Position numbers and translations under genes: made by a program | Notes under the pieces: model-generated | What the model was told of the DNA's origin: nothing | The model's input: the letters and a program-made list of their open reading frames with translations, nothing else | Databases searched by the model: none | Source: Candidatus Woesearchaeota archaeon | GTDB taxonomy: Archaea; Nanobdellota; Nanobdellia; Woesearchaeales; UBA10216 | Reading direction: 5' to 3' | Assembly: GCA_023269295.1 (NCBI GenBank) | Contig: JAHFTU010000001.1 | Location: 1-27,274, forward strand | DNA: 27,274 nucleotides | Shown here: positions 16,254 through 24,817 of the stretch, one piece after another | How positions within the stretch are numbered: the first letter of the stretch is position 1 | How the letters are laid out: each line of letters opens with the position of its first letter

Positions 16254-19200
16254 CTACCCGAACCACTTGCCCAGCCCTTCCTGCTTCTCCTTTTCCCTGC
16301 CAAAAACAGACTCCACCCTCATCTTTGTGAGCCCAAGCACCTGCTGGAGGTAGGGCGAGACCGCATACTTTTCAGCAAGGCTTATGGCAGGCTCAAGGTA
16401 CTTTATTATTGAGCCCTCGGAAATTGTGAACAGTATCTTGCCGCTGCACTTGTCACAGACGCCAGACAGCGGGGGCCTCCTGAACTTCGTGTTGCACTTG
16501 AGGCAGCGGAACTGCTGGGTTGAGAATTTCCTCAAATTGCCCCTCACGTCTTTTAACAGGTGTTTTTCTATAACCAGGCGGGCAACATCCTGGGCGTCAA
16601 CAGCCCGGATTTTTTCAGCGAGAACCATCTGGCCCTTGAGCTTTTCCTCCATGGAAGGCAGGATTTTGTAAGCAGAACAATTAACGCCGATGTTGACGCT
16701 CGAAAGCGGATGAGTATACCCAACGCCCTCATACTGCCTTGGAGTGTTAAGGCGGTGCCCTAGAAGCTCAACTTTTACCTCCTGAGGAAGCTTGCCCTGA
16801 AGCGCGGCCTCGTAAAGCTCCAGCGGATATGACCATGCAACGTCAAACCTGTGAGCCATGTCATCAACCTCAGCAGGCACCAATCTTGATGTGAGTACGA
16901 GCGGGCTGTCCATGGTCTTGGCGCCCCTTGAATCAGGAAGAAACTGCCTTGAGAAGTTCAAAAGAGCATCAAGCACAAGCATGACACAAGCCTCATCGCC
17001 ATCAGCATCCCTACGCATGGCAGCATGGAAAAGAGGATGGGCAAAGAATGCCTGGGTGTTTGAAAAGCCAATTATCCTCCCAACAATGCCTGCTGAGATG
17101 TGAGGGGCAAGGCCAATGACAAGGTGACCGACAAGATCCTCCTTTGCAGCGATATTGTAAAAGGAAGGCTCCTTATAGAACCGAACAAGCAGGTCATCGA
17201 CAAATTTGGAAATCCTGAAAAGAACAGCTGATGAGCTTTCATCAGTAGACTCAATGTTCGTAGGCAGTACCACATCCTGAGGCTTCAGCTCAAGAATCTG
17301 GTGCTCATTCTCAAGCGGCCTGCCGTGAATGTCCTTATCATAGCCGAGCTCAACGAGCTTGGAAACAGGAGTCCTAACCTCAACAGGCGTAAAATGGGTA
17401 AGCGGGAGCTCGCTCATGTCATACCTTATCGTGCCATCCTTGTTGACGCAAAGCTCGTGCTTTGCCCTCAGGATTCCCTTTGCAAAGTTCTCCGGGATGT
17501 GGTCCTTGTTGGACGTGCCCCTTACACCTTTTATAAGGTCAGGGTGAGTACTTTCCTTGATTGTGTGGAGTGCTGCATCAAAAAAATGCTTAATCTCAAT
17601 TGGCCTTCTTGAGTATGGCTTGTAATCGTGAGGGCACTTCTCAATAACGCCACACTTGTCGCAGAAAAACATCTTCTGGGTTTTCCCGTTGCATGTCTCG
17701 CAGACAGGGTAAATTGTCTGGGCATTGCATGCGCGGCAAAATGTAATGGGAAAATCTGAAACAACCCGGCCAGCCACAATGGCTTCCTGGAATGAGCGAA
17801 GCCTGCCGCCTTCCTCACCAACAGGGAAAAGAACATGCGGGCTTCCGGTAAGCTTGCGCATCTTTGCCTTCTCAGGCCTGCCCATCCTGGCACCTATGAA
17901 AGTGCCGCCCTTATCCCTAAGCTGGAACAAGGAAACCACTCTCGCCAAATCCAAGCCTGAATTTAGGGGTAACGAGGGTGATTGGGAAGCTGATGACGAC
18001 AGGGCAGACGCAACTGCCGAAGCTTTTTCCTTGATGATGTCTGCAAATGATGCTGAGGTTTCAGTGGAAGAGAACAGGAGCCTCACATCAATGCCAAGGG
18101 AAGCAAGGAAAGGGATTGCATCAGCATGGGCTATGACAACAAACTCGCTGTTAACAAAAAGGTGCGGCAGGCCAATAAGCTCAAGCGCCCTTTTACCATT
18201 CTTATCCTGAACACTGTGGCCGACAGGGATAATAATCTTGACTTTGCCTGATTCGAGCACAAGCCTCCCATTAGCCAACAGGCTCAGGAGGTCAGTGAAC
18301 TGGTCTGGCACTAACGAAGACCAGAAATATGTGAAAAAAGGATGAAGAGGAACTCTAAGAACTTCAGAAAGCCTTATTGCCAGCTCGGGCGAGGGCTTCG
18401 GAAAAGGGCTGGAAATGGCGAGCTGGAGCTCTTCAACAGGCAAGGATGTTTTCCCAGCAAGCACATCAAAAGAAAATAGCCCGAACTTTTCTGAAGCGGC
18501 TTTTTTAACCTCTTCAGCATACCACTCCTCACAGTAGCCTGCCGGAGCCAAAACATGGGCGCGGTCATAAAAATCACCGTATGAAATCAGCAAGTCACCA
18601 AGATAAATTATCTCGGCAACAGTTGCTGCACGGGAGCGGGCAGCGCTCTCTGAATCCAGGCGCATAACAGAGCCGTCAAGCAACCTGACAATCGGGCCCT
18701 CTATTGAATCGCAGGGAGTGATGGCTGCAGCCTTGCCCGGCCTTTCAACCTTGAGCTGGGTTCCTGTTGCAACAAACTTGTCCAAAACAATCATGGTGGC
18801 AGGATGCACGCCGGCAGCAGAATAGCCGCCTGCCCTGGTTTTGCCATACCTCAAGCGAAAGCCCCCCTGGCGAAGCGGGTGGGTTAGCACAGGCCGGCCG
18901 GCGACCAAGTCAGTAATAAAAGTGTAATCAGGGGCGAGCTTCCTGGATTCCTCGCCTTTCTCTTTGCTCATGCTTTTCTTTTTCTTCTGCAACGCAATAA
19001 ACTTCTCAAGAAAAGACCAGTCAAGGTCAAACGTTAACTGAAGCCGCTTGAGCTCCTTCCATAGCTTTGGGGCCTTGAAAGCCAGCATAGAAACAACAAG
19101 GCATACCCCGCCCCGTATCCTGTTTGTCTCAATCCTTGGCAGGTCCTTGTAGTTGCTCACCTCAAACTTCTCAGTGGGGTCGCCATCAACTTCAATCGGG

Positions 19201-19880
19201 CAGTTCCTTATGAGATAATCAATCTCGTCCTCGCTGGCCTTGTATTGCAGGTTGGTAACGCGCTCGTGATAATCATCAAGCTCTGTTACCAAGCGCTTCA
19301 CCTCCAAATCATCAGGGTCATACGCACCATAGCCTGCCTTCCTTCTAAGATAATCGGCGAGCACAAGGCAAAAAGCAGCGGCAGTGCCGCCAGCACCCCT
19401 GATAGGCCCAGCAAAAACAGCCGCAAAGTATTCCTTCCCATCATGGCGCTTCTTCACCTTCAGCTCAATAAAGCCCTCAAGAGGGGCAGAAACAACACCC
19501 GTAGTATGATAAGCGAAGCCAGTCCTGATTCCTGTCTCAAGCGCCTCGTGCTTATCCTTAAACTGGCAGAACTTGCCGCTCGCAACCTCATCAGCAATAA
19601 TCAGGGCAACCTCCCAGGCAAGCGCACCGTACTGGCCTTCAAGCTCCTGGATTCTTGCAGCAACTCCGCTGCCAATAAGGGCAGGCGCAACAGCAGACAC
19701 AAGGCCAACAACCCTCTCGGCGAGATTGGTAGCCAGCGGGATGTCTACAAAAGGCTCAGGGTCATAGCCCTTCTGGCGTGCAAGGCCTGCAGCTGCATAG
19801 CACTGCTTAAGCTTGCCTTCAACCTCAGAAAAGTACCTGTCAATTTCAGGGCTCGTTTCCTTTTTCCCGTCAGCTCTCAT
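16254..19880 (-). CDS. polC: DNA polymerase D large subunit (DP2)
   Basis: GPIRGAGGTAAA, GGFRLRYGKTR, FIGARMGRPEKAKMRK, catalytic RRDADGDE, GNLRKFSTQQFRCLKCNTKFRRPPLSGVCDKC. No intein. Confidence 0.98.
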   Translation of the reverse strand: MRADGKKETSPEIDRYFSEVEGKLKQCYAAAGLARQKGYDPEPFVDIPLATNLAERVVGLVSAVAPALIGSGVAARIQELEGQYGALAWEVALIIADEVASGKFCQFKDKHEALETGIRTGFAYHTTGVVSAPLEGFIELKVKKRHDGKEYFAAVFAGPIRGAGGTAAAFCLVLADYLRRKAGYGAYDPDDLEVKRLVTELDDYHERVTNLQYKASEDEIDYLIRNCPIEVDGDPTEKFEVSNYKDLPRIETNRIRGGVCLVVSMLAFKAPKLWKELKRLQLTFDLDWSFLEKFIALQKKKKSMSKEKGEESRKLAPDYTFITDLVAGRPVLTHPLRQGGFRLRYGKTRAGGYSAAGVHPATMIVLDKFVATGTQLKVERPGKAAAITPCDSIEGPIVRLLDGSVMRLDSESAARSRAATVAEIIYLGDLLISYGDFYDRAHVLAPAGYCEEWYAEEVKKAASEKFGLFSFDVLAGKTSLPVEELQLAISSPFPKPSPELAIRLSEVLRVPLHPFFTYFWSSLVPDQFTDLLSLLANGRLVLESGKVKIIIPVGHSVQDKNGKRALELIGLPHLFVNSEFVVIAHADAIPFLASLGIDVRLLFSSTETSASFADIIKEKASAVASALSSSASQSPSLPLNSGLDLARVVSLFQLRDKGGTFIGARMGRPEKAKMRKLTGSPHVLFPVGEEGGRLRSFQEAIVAGRVVSDFPITFCRACNAQTIYPVCETCNGKTQKMFFCDKCGVIEKCPHDYKPYSRRPIEIKHFFDAALHTIKESTHPDLIKGVRGTSNKDHIPENFAKGILRAKHELCVNKDGTIRYDMSELPLTHFTPVEVRTPVSKLVELGYDKDIHGRPLENEHQILELKPQDVVLPTNIESTDESSSAVLFRISKFVDDLLVRFYKEPSFYNIAAKEDLVGHLVIGLAPHISAGIVGRIIGFSNTQAFFAHPLFHAAMRRDADGDEACVMLVLDALLNFSRQFLPDSRGAKTMDSPLVLTSRLVPAEVDDMAHRFDVAWSYPLELYEAALQGKLPQEVKVELLGHRLNTPRQYEGVGYTHPLSSVNIGVNCSAYKILPSMEEKLKGQMVLAEKIRAVDAQDVARLVIEKHLLKDVRGNLRKFSTQQFRCLKCNTKFRRPPLSGVCDKCSGKILFTISEGSIIKYLEPAISLAEKYAVSPYLQQVLGLTKMRVESVFGREKEKQEGLGKWFG

Positions 19881-19889
19881 TTTGCCCCC

Positions 19890-21566
19890 TTATTTCCCAA
19901 AGTTAATGATTTTTGTGACACCTGTCTTCAAATTAAAGACAGGCAGCCTTGACGGCTGCGGGTTATGGCCCATGCGCTCCTGGAATTTTGTCTTGCCCTG
20001 CCAGCATGAGCTGTTTATCAAAGCAACCCCCTTATAATCTGAGACTGAGGTCCTGTGGACGTGGCCTGTCGCAAATATGTCAGGAACAATCCCAATAAAA
20101 AGGGGGTCAGTTGCATGGTCAGGCAGGATTAATGTGGACGTGTGAGCTGGCGCAAGATGCCTGCGCTGGAGCAAAAACTTCATAATCATGTCGGCGCGGT
20201 CATAGCCGCCGTTCTTCCTTATAGAATCAACATTCGCAACATAGTAATCAAAGCTGTAGCCGTGATAAAGCAGAACATCAAAACCGGAAAAAGTCGCTGA
20301 GGCATCAATGTTGACCACAGCAGGGTTTGACACAGAAATTACATTCGGGAGCTTGAGCAGCGGGGCTGCAAAGTCAGCAGCCAGGGCTGTCTGCGGCTCA
20401 GCTGCCCTTGTGGCATCATGATTGCCAGGGGAAATGATAATCGCTATGTGCTGCGGGATTTCGGACAAAAAGTCAGCACACAGCTGGTACTGCTCCTTTA
20501 CATCCTTAATGGCAAGCTCTTCATACTGGTCCTGATAAACCCCAACACCATCAACGATGTCGCCAGCCACCAAAACATACTTCACCTTGCCTGCAATTTC
20601 GCGCTGGGTAGGGTTGCCCAAGTTCCCGTTAATCCATTTGAGAAAACGCCTGAACTCCTCTTCCAAGAACTGTGCAGAGCCAAAATGGAGGTCAGACATA
20701 AAAACAGCGTAGCCCTCCTCAGGGGAATGCTTGGGCTCCCGCAACGGAATGTCAGGCAGAACAATGTTGTTTGCAAACAGGGCGCCGCTCCTGGCGTTTC
20801 CTGTAACCGCAACAACCTCATCAAAAACAAGGTCCTGAGCAAGCTCAAATATCTCCCTACGCGACTTGTTGACAATAACATTAATCACCCCAGTATGGTC
20901 CTCAAGCGTGAGCACTATATGGCCCTGCTTTGTCTGCTGCTTGTCCTTTACTATGCCTATAATCGCTGCTGATTCAGAAACATTGCTGCCCTTGAGCCTC
21001 GCAATTTGCACCAGGCCTGTCAGCTCGGCACGCTGGGCAAGCACACCCTGGATTGACTTGTAGCGCGCATTGTAATAGCTCACAAAGTCAGCTACCTCCC
21101 TCTTGGAAGGTGAGGTAGCATATGATGACACAACCCTTACTGAACCAGACTTGCCTGATTGCAAATCTGGTTGAATGCTGAACTTTGACATGGGACCGGC
21201 TTTCTTTGACTCTGCCTGCTGCAAGGAAAGCGCGCTAAGAAAGTTGGTGTAAGGCTCGGATTTCTGCTTCTTTTCTGAAATCGCCTTGGACCTTTCAAGC
21301 TCAAGCCAGTTCACACTGAATTCCTTGCTCTTAATAAGTTCATCAACATCCTTGTTAATGACAAGAAACTGGCCTGCGCTGTTCGGGCTGTTCTGTGGGA
21401 GATTTTTAAGCTCACCGGCATCGGCGCGGCCCATCGCGGCAAGAAACTCAGGGCTGACAAGGATGTTGTTCTTCAGCAGCTCTTCTATGCGGCTTTTCCT
21501 CCTGGTAAGCTCTTCTGCTGGCAGAGCATCAAATCCATCGTTAGCACGGCTCATTTTTTGATTCAC
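19890..21566 (-). CDS. polB: DNA polymerase D small subunit (DP1, proofreading phosphoesterase)
   Basis: An OB-fold (LEDHTGVINV) is followed by the metallophosphoesterase motifs SDLHFGS, AGDIVDG, PGNHD, HGYS and GHVH. The start could be the ATG at 21554. Confidence 0.97.
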   Translation of the reverse strand: MNQKMSRANDGFDALPAEELTRRKSRIEELLKNNILVSPEFLAAMGRADAGELKNLPQNSPNSAGQFLVINKDVDELIKSKEFSVNWLELERSKAISEKKQKSEPYTNFLSALSLQQAESKKAGPMSKFSIQPDLQSGKSGSVRVVSSYATSPSKREVADFVSYYNARYKSIQGVLAQRAELTGLVQIARLKGSNVSESAAIIGIVKDKQQTKQGHIVLTLEDHTGVINVIVNKSRREIFELAQDLVFDEVVAVTGNARSGALFANNIVLPDIPLREPKHSPEEGYAVFMSDLHFGSAQFLEEEFRRFLKWINGNLGNPTQREIAGKVKYVLVAGDIVDGVGVYQDQYEELAIKDVKEQYQLCADFLSEIPQHIAIIISPGNHDATRAAEPQTALAADFAAPLLKLPNVISVSNPAVVNIDASATFSGFDVLLYHGYSFDYYVANVDSIRKNGGYDRADMIMKFLLQRRHLAPAHTSTLILPDHATDPLFIGIVPDIFATGHVHRTSVSDYKGVALINSSCWQGKTKFQERMGHNPQPSRLPVFNLKTGVTKIINFGK

Positions 21567-21574
21567 CCAGCCAA

Positions 21575-22777
21575 TTAAAGATTAAGCGCCTCCTCTAACA
21601 GCCGCCTTACAACAGGGGTTGCTGCCTGCGGGGCGAGCATTATTTCCCTGGTTCGGCCATACCTCCCCTTTGAAATAACCCGCGCTGTAATTATGCCGAG
21701 CATATCAAACTCAGACAGGATGTCAGAAACCCTTCGCTGGGTTAACGGGCGGAGGCTAGCCTTGGCGCAGTATTTCTTGTAAAGCTCATAAACCTCACCT
21801 GTAAAAATAAACTTGCCAGCTCCATGGCTGATATTCAGGATAGAATACAGAACTAATTGTGCCTGCCGAGGCTGGGTTGTTACCAGCTCAGCAACAGTGT
21901 CGTGGTCAATCTTTTCCTCAGCGCTGTCAACATCAGCAACAGCAACAGATGTTGCACCCTTTCTGTCAGTAAGCTCACCAGCCACTCTAAGAAGGTCAAG
22001 CGCCCTTCTGGCATCGCCGTGTTCCCTAGCCGCATAAGCGGCGCACTTCTCAACAACACCAGGCTCGAGAGAGCTGTGCTTGAAAGCTGAAGAAGCCCGG
22101 TTATTAAGTATATCCTGAAGCTCAATAGCGTTATAGGGAGGGAAAAGCAGCTTTTCCTCGGAAAGCGAGGATTTCACCCGCGGGTCCAGGTGCTCGGCAA
22201 ACATCAAGTCATTTGAAATCCCGATTATTGCGACTTGCGTGTTCTTGAGCTCCTCGTTCTTTCTTGTAATCTTGTACAGGAAATCGTCGCCAGCCTTTTT
22301 CATCAAATAGTCTATTTCATCCAAAATAATAATAAGAATGCTTTTTGTGGAATCAGCTTTGGAGAAAAAAGCGCTGCAAACATCATCAGTTGAAAGCCCG
22401 GTGAGGGGAAGCTCCTTCCCAACCTGCGTAGCCAGCTCTGTGAAAAGGCCATATTCTGTGTCAGCATCAAGCTTACAATTCACATAAAGCGTCTGGATTG
22501 AAACACCCGCTTTTTTTGCAGCAGAAACAAGCTCTCCATTAATTACCCACTTAACAACCAATGTCTTGCCAGTACCGGTTTTTCCATAAATAAAAAGATT
22601 GGAGGGCCGCTCCAAACGCAACGCCGGTGCCACCACAACCCTCACCTGGTGGATTTGCACAGCACGATGAGGGATATCATTCGGGAAATGATTAGCTTGA
22701 AGGACACGCTTTTCCTTAAACACAGATCCTTTTTTCAGATATTCCTCAAAAAACTGCGGAAGATTCTTTTCCTTCAA
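21575..22777 (-). CDS. cdc6: Orc1/Cdc6 replication initiator
   Basis: Walker A IYGKTGTGKT, Walker B IILDEID, DPRVKSSL, HGDARRALDLLR and a wHTH ending SKGRYGRTR. The TTG at 22777 is preferred because GGGGTG lies 6 nt upstream, in the same GGGGTGTTTATC context as tbp. Confidence 0.96.
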   Translation of the reverse strand: MKEKNLPQFFEEYLKKGSVFKEKRVLQANHFPNDIPHRAVQIHQVRVVVAPALRLERPSNLFIYGKTGTGKTLVVKWVINGELVSAAKKAGVSIQTLYVNCKLDADTEYGLFTELATQVGKELPLTGLSTDDVCSAFFSKADSTKSILIIILDEIDYLMKKAGDDFLYKITRKNEELKNTQVAIIGISNDLMFAEHLDPRVKSSLSEEKLLFPPYNAIELQDILNNRASSAFKHSSLEPGVVEKCAAYAAREHGDARRALDLLRVAGELTDRKGATSVAVADVDSAEEKIDHDTVAELVTTQPRQAQLVLYSILNISHGAGKFIFTGEVYELYKKYCAKASLRPLTQRRVSDILSEFDMLGIITARVISKGRYGRTREIMLAPQAATPVVRRLLEEALNL

Positions 22778-22783
22778 GATAAA

Positions 22784-22972
22784 CACCCCACTGTTTCTTA
22801 TGGAAAAACAAGGAAACCTCTTAATAAGGATTCCGCTTAAATAAAATATACATTCAAGACACACCACCTGTGTTTTTTCGACGTGAAAACCATCAGCAAT
22901 AATAATTTCAATATTGAATTAAACTATAGGTGTTGGTTGTTGTTTTTGGTGTTTCCATGAGAAGTGGAGGTG
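22784..22972. other. Candidate replication origin oriC
   Basis: Inverted ORB-like boxes TTCCATAAGAAACAGTGGGGTG (minus, 22784-22805) and TTCCATGAGAAGTGGAGGTG (plus, 22953-22972) flank an AT-rich core. A degenerate mini-ORB, TTCGACGTGAAAAC, lies at 22877-22890. The region is directly upstream of cdc6-polB-polC. Confidence 0.75.
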
Positions 22973-23014
22973 TGTAGCCTTTTTTGTTACTCTTGAATAA
23001 TAAATATGCAAAGG

Positions 23015-23022
23015 TTTATATA
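23015..23022 (+). promoter_or_regulatory. TATA box for the TrmB-family gene
   Basis: GCAAAGG-TTTATATA, about 24 nt upstream of the ATG at 23046. Confidence 0.6.
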
Positions 23023-23045
23023 GTTCTTTTCATTCCCTAACCTCC

Positions 23046-23846
23046 ATGTTGATGCAGAAAGAAGTCATAAACCAATTAAAAGATATAGGCCTTAATAGCT
23101 ATGAGTCCAAGCTCTGGCTTGCCCTTCTTGCAAAGGGAGTTGCGTCTGCCGGTGAGCTTTCTGATATGGCTAATGTCCCAAGGAGCCGGAGCTATGATGT
23201 TCTTGAGAGCCTTGAGAAGAAGGGTTTTATCATAATGAAGATTGGGAAGCCAATAAAATACATAGCTGTCCAGCCTGAGCATGTTATTGATAATGTAAGG
23301 AAGAGGTTGGTTGAAGATGTTGACCTGCAGGACAAGCTCTTAAGTAAGATAGGGCAAAGCCCGCTTATTGATGAGCTAAAGCTGATGTACAAGAGCGGCG
23401 TCAGGGAGATTGACCCGCTTGAGCTCACCGGCAGCCTAAAAGGCAGAAAAAACCTTTACCACCACATTGAGCGAATGATTAAGAACGCCGAGAAAAGCGT
23501 TATTCTCACCACAACCGCTGCGGGCATCCTGAGGAAAAAGGATGTTCTTAGAAATGCGCTGCGCAAGGCAAAGGAAAGAAGGGTTAAGGTCAGGGTTGTT
23601 GCCCCGATAACAAGTGAAATGAAGCCGCAGCTGGAAGAGCTGGCAGGCCTTGTAGAGCTCAGGCACACCAGCACACCAGCACGATTCTGCGTTGTGGATG
23701 GCAAGGAGGCTGTCATTATGCCAATGGATGATGAAATAACAAATCCTGCCTCAGACGTAGGCATCTGGGTAAGGTCAAAGTTCTTTGCCTCAACATTTGA
23801 GAAGTTGTTTGATTCTTCATGGGCAACGCTGAAGCCTGTTTTTTGA
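23046..23846 (+). CDS. TrmB-family transcriptional regulator/chromatin protein (TrmBL2-like)
   Basis: N-terminal wHTH GLNSYESKLWLALL...VPRSRSYDVLESLEKKGFI...GKPIKYIAVQP, followed by a PLD-like effector domain (FCVVDGKEAVI). Confidence 0.92.
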   Translation: MLMQKEVINQLKDIGLNSYESKLWLALLAKGVASAGELSDMANVPRSRSYDVLESLEKKGFIIMKIGKPIKYIAVQPEHVIDNVRKRLVEDVDLQDKLLSKIGQSPLIDELKLMYKSGVREIDPLELTGSLKGRKNLYHHIERMIKNAEKSVILTTTAAGILRKKDVLRNALRKAKERRVKVRVVAPITSEMKPQLEELAGLVELRHTSTPARFCVVDGKEAVIMPMDDEITNPASDVGIWVRSKFFASTFEKLFDSSWATLKPVF

Positions 23847-23858
23847 TTGTTCACTAAA

Positions 23859-23866
23859 TTTATAAA
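23859..23866 (+). promoter_or_regulatory. TATA box for the DGR-target-like gene
   Basis: TTTATAAA, with a GGTGG RBS at about 23900 before the ATG at 23914. Confidence 0.5.
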
Positions 23867-23913
23867 ATACATGAACATTCAAAGCATCTAATTGTGTTGT
23901 TGGTGGATTAAAA

Positions 23914-24720
23914 ATGAGCTCACAATTAAATATGCCTTCTGTTGATTATAATTATAAGGAGTTTTTAGGTGGGAATGCAGAGCAAATGCAGTTGCTGCTT
24001 TCTGGTAAGGATAATAATGGAATTGTTGTTGATGTTCCGAGAGTGCCCATATCTGTTTTTGGTGTTATGGAACAGCGCATCGTTGTTTTTGAGTTCTTGA
24101 AGCTTGCCAGCAATCGTGGTTGGAGGGCATATCGTCGTCTAGGCAGTCATTATGAAGTTGTTCAAAATTTTACAGAGATAATGGAAAACTGGTTTGACAA
24201 ACGTATTGATACATGTGATGGTGTTGTCAGGCATAGTGACGGCCGCTTGAAAGTTGTTCTTGATGCACAGTACCTGAGACAGCTTACTCATGATACTAAG
24301 CTTGTTGATGGTGCGGTTCCTTTATCTGATGATGTTTACAGGGGGTTGTCTGGTGAGGAGTTTAGTTCTAAGCAGGTTGGGCAGTATTTCAACAAGCCTT
24401 TAAGCAGGGGTGAAGCAAAGCAGCATCCTGTCTGGCTCTCATTGCTTCGCGGCGACCAAGGTTTGCTGAATATGGCTGTGAATGTAATTTTCTCTCAAGC
24501 AAATGGAAGGCTTGGTGGTGTTGGCAAGATGATGGGCATTTACACACCTTCAGCACCTAAAGAAGGTGCTTCCGGGCGTTTGTGGTCTGTCTGCAGGCTC
24601 GACGACTACATCAACTACTCCAGGGCTAATGGCAGCAGCCATTTGGATGACCTCAATGGGCGTCTGGTCGGGGTAGCGCCGGAGGCGCCGCGCGCCGCAA
24701 CACTCGAACGTAGAGTCTGA
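23914..24720 (+). CDS. DPANN DGR target-like variable protein (putative C-type lectin-fold C-terminus)
   Basis: The C-terminus GRLWSVCRLDDYINYSRANGSSHLDDLNGRLVGVAPEA matches, from recalled knowledge, the pattern of DPANN DGR target proteins. It has an NNY-codon-rich 3' region and a GRA-loop hairpin. Confidence 0.72.
   Translation: MSSQLNMPSVDYNYKEFLGGNAEQMQLLLSGKDNNGIVVDVPRVPISVFGVMEQRIVVFEFLKLASNRGWRAYRRLGSHYEVVQNFTEIMENWFDKRIDTCDGVVRHSDGRLKVVLDAQYLRQLTHDTKLVDGAVPLSDDVYRGLSGEEFSSKQVGQYFNKPLSRGEAKQHPVWLSLLRGDQGLLNMAVNVIFSQANGRLGGVGKMMGIYTPSAPKEGASGRLWSVCRLDDYINYSRANGSSHLDDLNGRLVGVAPEAPRAATLERRV
24571..24688 (+). other. Putative DGR variable region (VR) with 3' GCGCC-GGA-GGCGC hairpin
   Basis: 21 of the 24 codons at 24586-24657 end in C or T (15 in C), unlike the T-ending bias in the rest of the gene. 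The hairpin has stems at 24676-24680 and 24684-24688 with a GGA loop. Confidence 0.65.
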
Positions 24721-24817
24721 ATGGGTGGCGAAAGCAAAAGCTTTTTAAATTCGTTTTCTGATAGCAGATAGGTAGCTGTTTAACATCAAGCAACAGTTGT
24801 CAAAAAGAGGTGGGCAT

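Noticed and set aside
12440-16254. Integrated mobile element boundaries around the orphan pair
   Set aside because: Only trivial short matches (AATCGA, CAGCAATA) were found; there are no att sites, terminal inverted repeats, integrase or transposase.
8807-22777. Inteins in mcm, polC or cdc6
   Set aside because: Protein lengths are normal, the conserved motifs are contiguous, and no splice-junction or LAGLIDADG motifs were seen.
22778-22867. 30-codon N-terminal extension of cdc6 in the ORF track
   Set aside because: It runs through the ORB/promoter region and is not Cdc6-like. The TTG at 22777 has a well-placed GGGGTG RBS.
16254-24720. G+T strand-skew switch at the candidate origin
   Set aside because: There is a visual impression of a flip near 22.9 kb, but it is confounded by gene orientation and aspS is also G/T-rich on the plus strand. 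It needs a computed cumulative skew.
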